A stretch of 64,000 nucleotides of DNA, taken from the NCBI RefSeq assembly GCF_009914755.1, contig NC_060934.1; one strand, 5' to 3'. A model generated the notes under the pieces. It was given only the letters and a program-made list of their open reading frames with translations. It ran no database searches and was not told the origin of the DNA. The translations under genes were made by a program, and so were the position numbers. The stretch is from the human T2T-CHM13v2.0 reference genome, Homo sapiens. Positions 52,585 through 64,000 of the stretch are shown piece after piece (position 1 is the first letter of the stretch; every line of letters begins with the position of its first letter).

Positions 52585-53609
52585 ATGAGGAAAAACCAGC
52601 ATAAAAGGCTGAAACTTCCAAAAACCGGAATGCTTTTCTCCTCCAAAGAATCACAACTCCTCGCCAGCAAGGTAACGAAACTGGGTGGAGGATGAGTTTG
52701 ACGAATTGACAGAAGTAGGCTTCAGAAGGTGGGTAATAACAAACTCCTCCGAGCTAAAGGAGCATGTTCTAACCCAATGCAAGGAAGTTAAGAACCTTGA
52801 AAAAAGGTTAGAGGAATTTCTAACTAGAATAACCATTTTAGAGAAGAACATAAATGACCCGAAGGAGCTGAAAAACACAGTATGAGAACTCCGTGAAGCA
52901 TACACAAGTATGAATATCTGAATCAATCAAGCGGAAGAAAATATACCAGAGATTGCAGATCAACTTAATGAAATAAAGTGTGAAGACAAGATTAGAGAAA
53001 AAAGAATGAAAAGGAACAAACAAAGCCTCCAAGAAATATGGGACTATGTGCAAAGACCAAACCTACATTTTATTGGTGTACCTGAAAGTGACAGGGAGAG
53101 TGGAACCAAGTTGGAAAACACTCTTCAGGATATCATCCAGGAGAACTTCCCCAATCTAGCAAGACAGGGCAACATTCAAATTCAAGAAATATAGGGAACA
53201 GCACAAAGATATTCCTCAAGAAGAGCAACCCCAAGACACATAATCATCAGATTCACTGAGGTTGAAATAACGGAAAAAATGTTAAGCACAGCCAGAGAGA
53301 AAGGTCGGGTTACTCACAAAGGGAAGCCCATCAGACTAACAGCAGATCTCTTGGCAGAAACCCCACAAGCCAGAAGAGAGTGGGGGCCAATATTCAACAT
53401 TCTCAAAGAAAAGAATTTTCAACCCAGAATTTTATATCCAGCCAGGGTAAGGCTTCATAAGCAAAGGAGAAATAAAATCCTTTACAGACAAGCAAATGCT
53501 GAGAGATTTTGTCACCACCAGGCCTGCCTTACAAGAGCTCCTGAAAGAAGCACTAATTATAGAAAGGAAAAACTGGTACCAGCCACTGCAAAAACATACC
53601 AAAGTGTAA
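52585..53609 (+). pseudogene. L1 ORF1p remnant (stops and frameshifts)
   Basis: Fragments 'DEFDELTEVGFRRWVITN', 'QSLQEIWDYVQRPNL', 'AREKGRVTHKGKPIRLTADL'. Confidence 0.93.
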
Positions 53610-53672
53610 AGACCATCGACACTATGAAGAAACAGCATCAACTAATGGGCAACAAAACCAGCTAGCATCATA

Positions 53673-56600
53673 ATGATAGGATCAAATCTCACATAACAAT
53701 ATTAACCTTAAATGTAAATAGGCTAAATGCCCCAATTAAAAGACACAGACCAGCAAATTGGATAAAGAGTCAAGACCCATCGGTGTGCTGTATTCAAGAG
53801 CACAATAGCCATCTCACATGCAAAGACACACATGGCTCAAAATAAAGGGATGGAGGAATATTTACCAAGCAAATGGAAAGCAAAAAAAAAAAAAAAAAAG
53901 CAGGGGTTGCAATCCTAGTCTCTGATAAAACAGACTTTAAACCAACAAAGATCAAAAGAGACAAAGAAGAGCATTACATAGTGGTAAAGGGATCAAAAGA
54001 GACAAAGAAGAGCATTACACAGTGGTAAAGGGATCAACGCAACAAAAAGAGCTAACTATCCTAAATATATATGCACCCAATACGAGAGCACCCAGATTCA
54101 TAAAGAAAGTTCTTAGTGACCTACAAAGAGACTTAGACTTTCACACAATAATAGTGGAAGACTTTAACACCCCACTGTCAATACTAGACAGATCAACGAG
54201 ACAGAAAATTAACAAAGATATTTAGGATTTGAACTCAGCTCTGGACCAAGTGGACCTAATAGACATCTACAGAACTCTCCACCCCAAGTCAACAGAATAT
54301 ACATTCTTCTCAGCACCACATTGCACTTAATTGACCACATAATTGGAAGTAAAGTACTCCTCAGCAAATGCAAAAGAACGGAAATCATAACAAATAGTCT
54401 CTCAGACCACAGTACAATCAAATTAGAACTCAGGATTAAGAAACTCACTCAAAACTGCACAACTGCATGGAAACTGAACAACCTGCTCCTGAATGACTAC
54501 TGGATAAATAACAAAATTAAGGCAGAAATGAGTAAGTTCTTTGAAATCAATAAGAACAAAGACACAACATACCAGAATCTCTGGGACACAGCTAAAGCAG
54601 TGTGTAGATGGAAATTTATAGCACTAAATGCCCACAGAAGAAAGCAGGAGAGATCTAAAGTCAACACCCTAACATCACAATTAAAAGAACTAGAGAAGCA
54701 GGAGCAAACAAATTCAAAAGCTAACCGATGACAAGAAATAACTAAGATCAGAGCAGAACTGAAGGAGATAGAGACATGAAAAACCCTTCAAAAAAAATTA
54801 GTGAATCCAAGAACTGGTTTTTTGAAAAGATTAACAAAATAGATAGACCACTAGCCAGATTAATAAAGAAGAGAGAAGAATCAAATAGACACAGTAAAAA
54901 AATGATAAAAGGGATATCACCACTGATCCCACAGAAATAAAAACTACCATCAGAGAATACTATAAACACCTCTATGCAAATAAACTAGAAAATCTAGAAG
55001 AAATGGATAAATTCCTGGACACATACACCCTCCTAAGACTAAACCAGGAAGAAGTCGAATCCCTGACCAGACCAATAAGAAGTTCTGAAATTGAGGCAGT
55101 AATTAATAGCCTACCAAACAAAAACAAAGCCCAGGACCAGATGGATTCACAGCCAAATTCTACCAGAGGTACAGAGAGGAGCTGGTACCATTCCTTCTGA
55201 AATTATTCCAAATAATAGAAAAAGAGGGACTCCTCCCTAACTCATTTTATGAGGCCAGCATCATCCTAACACCGAAACCTGGCAGAGACATGACAAAAAA
55301 AGAAAATTTCAGGCCAACATCCCTGATGAACATCGATACGAAAATCCTCAATAAAATACTGGCAAACTGAAATCCAGCAGCACAAAAATTGTATCCACCA
55401 TGATCAAGTCAGCTTCATTCCTGGGATGCAAGTCTGGCTCAACATACGCAAATCAATAAACATAATCCAACACATAAACAGAACCAATGACAAAAACCAC
55501 ATGATTATCTCAATAGATACAGAAAAGGCCTTTGATAAAATTCAACACCCCTTGATGCTAAAAACTCTCAATAAACTAGGTATTGATGGAATGTATTTCA
55601 AAGTAATAAGAGCTATTTATGACAAACCCACAGCCAATATCATACTGAATGGGCAAAAACTGGAAGCATTCCCTTTGAAAACCGGCACAAGACAAGGATG
55701 CCCTCTCTCACCACTCCTATTCAACATAGTATTGGAAGTTCTGGCCAGAGCAATCAGGCAAGAAGGAAGAAATAAAGGATATTCAAATAGGAAGAGAGGA
55801 AGTCAAATTGTCTCTGTTTGCAGATGACATGATTGTATAATTAGAAAACTCCATCATCTCAGCCCTAAATCTCCTTAAGCCGATAGGCAACTTCAGCAAA
55901 GTTTCAGCATACAAAATCAGTGTGCAAAAACCACAAGCATTCCTATACGCCAATAATAGACAAACAGAGAGCCAAATTGTGAGTGAACTCCCATTCACAA
56001 TTGCTACAAAGAGAATAAAATACCTAGGAATACACCTTACAAGGGATGTGAAGGACCTCTTCAAGGAGAACTACAAACCACTGCTCAAGGAAATAAGAGA
56101 GGGCAACAAATGGAAAAACATTCTATATTCATGGATAGGAAGAATCAGTATCATGAAAATAGCCATACTGCCCAAAGTAATTTATAGATTCAATGCTATC
56201 CACATCAAGCTACCATTGACTTCCTTCACAGAATTAGAAAAAACTACTTTAAATTTCATATGGAACCAAAAAGGAGCCTGTATAGCCAAGACAGTCCTAA
56301 GCAAAAAGAACAAAGCTGGAGGCATCACACTACCTGACTTCAAACTATACTACAAGGCTACAGTAACCAAAACAGCATGGTACTGATACCAAAACAGATA
56401 TATAGACCAATGGAACAGAACAGAGGCCTTAGAAATAACACCACACATCTACAACCATCTGATCTTTGACAAACCTGACAAAAACAAGCAATGGGGAAAG
56501 GATTCCCTATTTAATAAATGGTGTTGGGAAAACTGGCTAGCCATATGTAGAAAGAAAACTGAAACTGGACCCCTTCCTTAAACCTTATACAAAAATTAAT

Positions 56601-57548
56601 TCAAGATAGATTAAAGACTTAAATGTAAGACCTAAAACCATAAAAACCCTAGAAGGAAACCTAGGCAATACCATTCAGGACACAGGCATGGGCAAGGACT
56701 TCATGACTAAAACACCAAAAGCAATGGCAACAAAAGCCAAAGTTGAAGTTGACAAATGGGATCTAATTTAACTAAAGAGCTTCTGCACAGCAAAATAAAC
56801 TGTCTTCAGAGTGTACCTACAGGATGGGAGAAAATTTTTGGAATCTATCCGTCTGACAAAGTGCTAATATTCAGAATCTACAAGGAACTTAAACAAATTT
56901 ACAAGAAAAAAAACAAACAACCCCATCAAAAAGTTGGTGAAGGATATGAACAGACACTTCTCAAAAGAAGACACTTAGGCCACCAACAAACTTATGAAAC
57001 AAAGCTTATCATCACTGGTCATTAGAGAAATGCAAATCAAAACCACAATAAGATACCACCTCATGCCAGTCAGAATGGTGATCATTAAAAAGTCAGGAAA
57101 CAACAGATACTGGAGAGGATGTGGAGAAATAGGAATGCTTTTACACTGTTGGTGGAGTGTAAATTAGTTCAACCATTGTGGAAGACAGTGTGGCGATTCC
57201 TCAAGGAGCTAGAGTCAGAAATATCATTTGACCTAGCAATCCCATTGCTGGGTATATACCCAAAGGATTGTAAATCATTCTACTATAAAGACACATGCAC
57301 ACGTATGTTTATTACAGCACTGTTCACAATAGCAAAGACTTGGAACCAACCCAAATGCCCATCAATGATAGATTGGATTAAAAAAATGTGGCAAATATAC
57401 ACCATGGAATACTATGCAGCCATAAAAAAAGGATGAGTTCATGTCCTTTGCAGGGACATGGATGAAGCTGGAAACCATCATTCTCAGCAAACTAACACAG
57501 GAACAGAAAACCAAACACCACATATTCTCACTCATAAGTGGGAGTTGA
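53673..57548 (+). pseudogene. L1 ORF2p (endonuclease/RT) remnant, disrupted
   Basis: Fragments 'ILNIYAPN', '[21 protein letters not shown]', '[14 protein letters not shown]'; multiple stops and frameshifts. Confidence 0.95.
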
Positions 57549-59494
57549 ATAGTGGGAACACATGGACACAGGGAGGGGAACATCACACACCAGGGCCTGT
57601 CAGGGAGTGGGGGATTAGGGGAGGGATAGCATTAGGAGAAATGCCTAGTGTAGATGATGGGGCGATGGGTGCAGCAAAGCACCATGGCACATGTATACCT
57701 ACATAACAAACTTGCATGTTCTGCACATATATCCCAGAACTTAAAGTATAATAAAAATAAGTAAGTAAATACATAAATAAATAAAATATGGAAAAAAGAA
57801 AATGTGGTACATATATACCATGGAATACTATGCAGCCATACAAAAGGACAAGATCATGTCCTTTGCAGGGACATGGATGGAACTAGAAGCCGTGATCCTC
57901 AGCAAACTAATGTAGAAACAGAAAACCAAACACCATGTGTTCTCACTTATAAGTGGGAGCTGAACAATGAGACCACATGGACACATGGTGGGGGAACAAC
58001 ACACACTGGGGCCTGGCAGGGGGCATGGCAGGAGAGAGAGCATCAGGAAGAATAGCTAATGGATGCTGAGTTTAATATCTAGGCGATGGGTTGATCTGTG
58101 CAGCAAACCACCACGACACATATTTACCTATGTAACAAACCTGCACATCCTGCACTTTACCCCTGGAACTTAGTTGAAGAAAGGTAAATAATAAATTGTT
58201 CCCTTAGACCAAAATTCAAATGCTGCCATGTTACTCAGTTTTCCAAGCCTCCTCTTGGTTTCCTCATACATAAAATGCCATCCCCTTTGCTGTCTTACTA
58301 ATGCTGAATCATCAGCAAAATTGTGAGCTGTGAGTTAACTTGCCGGGATGTCTTTACAATTTTGTATTGGTTTCATCCATTCAAGCGTTCACTCAACTTG
58401 TAATGAGCATCAGTTACAAATCAAGCACAAAGCAAAGAGCTGGGCCATGAGTGGGTGAGGCACAAAGCTGCCTTCAAAGAGTTTGTGGTGTTGGGACAGC
58501 AAAGCTGTTACCGTTGTTATGATCCTGACTGACGGCTGGGACGAAGATGGACAGGGACTACAAGTGGGCAGAGAAGCGAGGGGCCAAGATCTCTGTCCTT
58601 TGAGGGTGGTCTCCTTCCAGTAACCCTCTCCTTGCCTACCTTCTACTTTTCCTTATTTTAAAAATTCTTGTTTTGCCCTGACACCATGTAAGCCAACTAG
58701 AAGTTGTGTTTCCTCTGAAAGCTAGATAGTGAAGAGGAGCTCATTCCAACAGCTTCCTTTGAGAGTAAATGCTGGGAGATTAAATAGGCTCCCTTCTTTG
58801 GGTCACCTACTGGCACCCATCTTTGGGATTCATATCATTTTCCAGCTTTGCAAACACAGGGGGCTTCTCAGCAAACTGCTTGTTAGGTCCTCCTTTAGGG
58901 AAACCCACCCTAAAGGTGGAGAGAAGAGATGGATAAGTGTGGACAGTTCCTTTCTAGCCAGGTTCACAGGTTTCTCTAACTACCTCTGAAATATATCTTA
59001 ATTTATAAAATAAACCATTTAGTGCTTTGCAGTTTAAAAAGTGCTTTCATATATATATATGCCTCATAACAAGTCTGCCAGCTGTTATTAGCCATTTTTT
59101 CATCTTTACCATGCTAATAAGCACAGTGGCCAAAGCCACACAGTCAGCAAGCAGTGGAGCTGGAACCAAAACCCCAGCCTTCTCCCTGACCTACCAATGT
59201 CTGACTTTCAATTGCACCTTACTGCGTTTTCTAAGCTTATCTGTGAGATGGATGTTATACCCATCTCACTACATCAAAGACTGTGGCTCAAAGAGTGGTA
59301 AATGGTTTGCCAGAGACCACATAGTTAAATATAAGTAGAGGAGGGATTTGAGTCCTTCCAGGGTCACTACATGGACACTTTTATGCTGGGGTTCTCAGAT
59401 GCATTCTCTGGAATCCATGAGTTCATAATGCGAAGGCTTTAATTTCTATGATAATCTGTAGCAAGTGAATATAAGCTTATTCCGATCATTTATG

Positions 59495-59847
59495 TTGATG
59501 GTTCTCAAAATGTGGTCATCTGACCAGCAGCATCAGCATCACCTGGGAGCCTGTGAGAAATGCCAATTGTTCATGCTCCCCCACCCCCAAAACTACACAA
59601 TCAGAAATTCTGGGGCTGGGGCCCAGCCCTCTGGGTTTAAACACATTCTCCATGGGTTCTGAGACATGCTTAAGCTTGAGAAATGGATCTAGATCATTCC
59701 CTCTCAACTTGGCTGCCCCTCAGAATTACCCAGGGAGTGTTTTAAAAGATTCCAACTTACTTGGTCGGAGTATGGCTGAGCACGGGCATTTTTAAAGTCT
59801 CTCCAAGTGATTCCACTGTACTACGGAGTCTGAGAGCCACTCATCTA
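59495..59847. mobile_element. Two adjacent MER5-type hAT-Charlie MITEs
   Basis: 'ggttctcaaaatgtggtc...cagcagcatcagcatcacctgggagc...aatcagaaattctgggg' (MER5A), then 'ctctcaacttggctgc...cagaattacccagggag...gcatttttaaag...agtgattc'. Confidence 0.8.
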
Positions 59848-61385
59848 AAGGACACCTTGCCCCCAAAGTGTCCCCTTACACATTCATGTCCTGTTTGTGT
59901 TACAGTCATGCTGGCACCAGATGAGCTGCTGCAGACTCATGAGGAAAGAGTCAAGACAGGCTCTTTGAAACCTCCCTCTCCAGGCATGCCACGTGAACAG
60001 AAGTTCCAGGAGACAGAAGAGAGGGGTGACAAGAAATTGCCCTGATCAAACTGCCACAGTGACACACCATGAAAAACACACAGAGATTGGCTCTGTGGCA
60101 ATGGCTTCATACCCAGGTCACAGGTGCAAATTTGGTGCAGCAAAGCAGCATTAAATATTTTGCATTAAATTGATGTTAATTTGCTTTTGCTGGTTTTATG
60201 GCTTATTTTTATATCTGGAATGATGTTTTTGTTTCCCATTATATATAAACTATAAGCAAAGGAAGTTTATTCCTACCTTTGGTTTGTAAAAATTTAAGTA
60301 GTGTTCAAATACAATCTTTAAGTCAATATTGGGGTCTGCAGGAATCTGTTTCTTTTAAGGGTCCTAAGCTGTTCTAACTTTGGGGAATTATAGCCTAATG
60401 CCTTCTGCGCATGTTGGTTTCCTGTGCCCAGACTCAAGTCCATAGATCCCCTCTTGATATGTGGGAGTTTAAGGGCTCCCTGTTTGGGAGTGCTGACAGG
60501 CCCAAGGCACCTCACCCCTCTTTAGGTCACCTGGGGACTCGGGCCTGGTCTCCATTCCCTGGACGGAAGTAGAAGTTATCTTTGAAGATTTCCAGGCAAT
60601 AATTAACTGTAGTTTCAGGAGAAGGAAATTTGGTCAGTTTCTATGCAGTGCAAATTGGCCTCCCCTGTCTATCTTAGAGGGAGCTTTGTGTTCGGCTCTG
60701 TTATTGGGCTCTTTCCTGGAAGCATTGTTTCCTGTTTCAATATAACCGCTTCAAAATAATGTGAAGAGATCAATTGCCACTTGTCAGCTGTAATTTTCTG
60801 CCACTGAAAAAAAAGAATGTGGGGAGGAAAGTAAACTATGGGCTGGCTTATTAGCCAAGATGGAGGGAGGCAGGACGCCTGCTGCTGCCTCAGAGGGAGG
60901 GTCTACCTGGGCAGAGGTGCCTGGCTCCTGCTGCCCTCCCTGCCTTGAACCCTTCCTTGCACCTTCTCTTGCTAGCCAAATTCCACCCATCCTGCCAGGG
61001 CCAGCTCTAGTTCCAGACCCAAATGAGAAGACTTCTTGGTCACTCCAGCCCAGAGAGACTGCTCCTTCCTCTCATCTCATTGGTTTATCAAATCCTTAAT
61101 GCATTTATTCAGCAAATATTGATTGAGCACCTAAGTAAATGTAGGAAAGCTTTGGGCTGCAAGGAATCCAAAACCTCATTTGCAGGGGTTCAAACAAATA
61201 GGTGTTTATTTTCCTCCTATAGCAAGAAGGTGACTTCTGGCTGGGTTAGAGTCAACATCTCAGGAACTCTCTTGAACTTGCCTATGTATTTGTTACTCTT
61301 GGTTATCAGGGAGCCACCAGACTTCAGGCATTCTTTGAAGCTTTCTCTGATTAGGAAAACCAGTCTTCCCCAGAGACTGGGCAGG

Positions 61386-61540
61386 GTTTTTTAAAACAGC
61401 ATCATTGAGATATAATTGACATACAACCAACTGCACATATTTAAAGTATACAGTTTGATCAGTTTTGATACACATATGCACACATGAAGCCATCACCACA
61501 ATCAAAATGGTGAGTGAATTCTTTACCTCCACAAAATCTT
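61386..61540 (-). mobile_element. L1M 3'-terminal fragment
   Basis: 'attgagatataattgacatacaa...ctgcacatatttaaagtatacagtttgat'. Confidence 0.75.
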
Positions 61541-61668
61541 TTCCAGAATCCCACCCCCAACCCTGCAGATTTTTAAAAAATTTTTTATTTATATTTCATT
61601 GGTCAACACTTGATCCTGTGGCCACTCGTGGCTGCAAGGGCAGCTAGGAAAGGCAGGGCTTTGATTTC

Positions 61669-64000
<2,332 letters not shown>

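Larger units (their letters stand above)
52283..57790 (+). mobile_element. Near-full-length L1PA7/8-like LINE-1 with spliced 5'UTR, inactive
   Basis: 5' end GGTGGCTGGCAAGATG; ORF1 and ORF2 remnants; 3'UTR and A-rich tail; TSD AAAAGAAAATGTGGTACATATA at 52261-52282 and 57794-57815. Confidence 0.95.
51777..58193 (+). mobile_element. 5'-truncated older L1 (L1PA13-like), split into 51777-52282 and ~57794-58193
   Basis: ORF2 C-terminal peptide at 51834-52226 continues after 57815; 3'UTR 'agcatcaggaagaatagctaatggatgctg'; TSD AATTGTTCCCTTA at 51764-51776 and 58194-58206. Confidence 0.9.

Noticed and set aside
60030-60390. AT-rich block as a candidate enhancer
   Set aside because: More likely a degenerate hAT-Charlie remnant next to the MER5 elements; not resolvable without a Dfam search.

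Overview
Mammalian genomic DNA, almost certainly human or another primate (AluS SINEs, L1PA LINEs, MSTA, MADE1). I find no supportable host protein-coding exon, rRNA, tRNA or CRISPR array. The only recognisable peptides in the ORF track come from LINE-1, ERV-L or Alu. The window reads as intergenic or deep intronic. It is dense in old repeats (MIR, L2, L1M, MaLR/MLT2 LTRs, hAT MITEs), with five Alus and an L1-rich right end. Several non-repetitive blocks rich in homeodomain/POU/SOX motifs look like conserved enhancers, including a CpG-rich block at ~41.4-42.5 kb. The clearest unusual structure is a near-full-length L1PA7/8-like element (52283-~57790). Its 5'UTR is joined at the known +97 splice donor to a downstream acceptor (a spliced, retrotransposed L1), and it sits with its own TSD inside an older L1PA13-like fragment. 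Also notable is a ~80-bp three-copy tandem repeat with a detached relative ~840 bp away, next to a CpG-retaining patch and a perfect splice donor (15.2-16.5 kb). I could not identify the locus and saw no convincing new multi-gene system. Subfamily calls are from memory of consensus sequences; boundaries of old elements are approximate.
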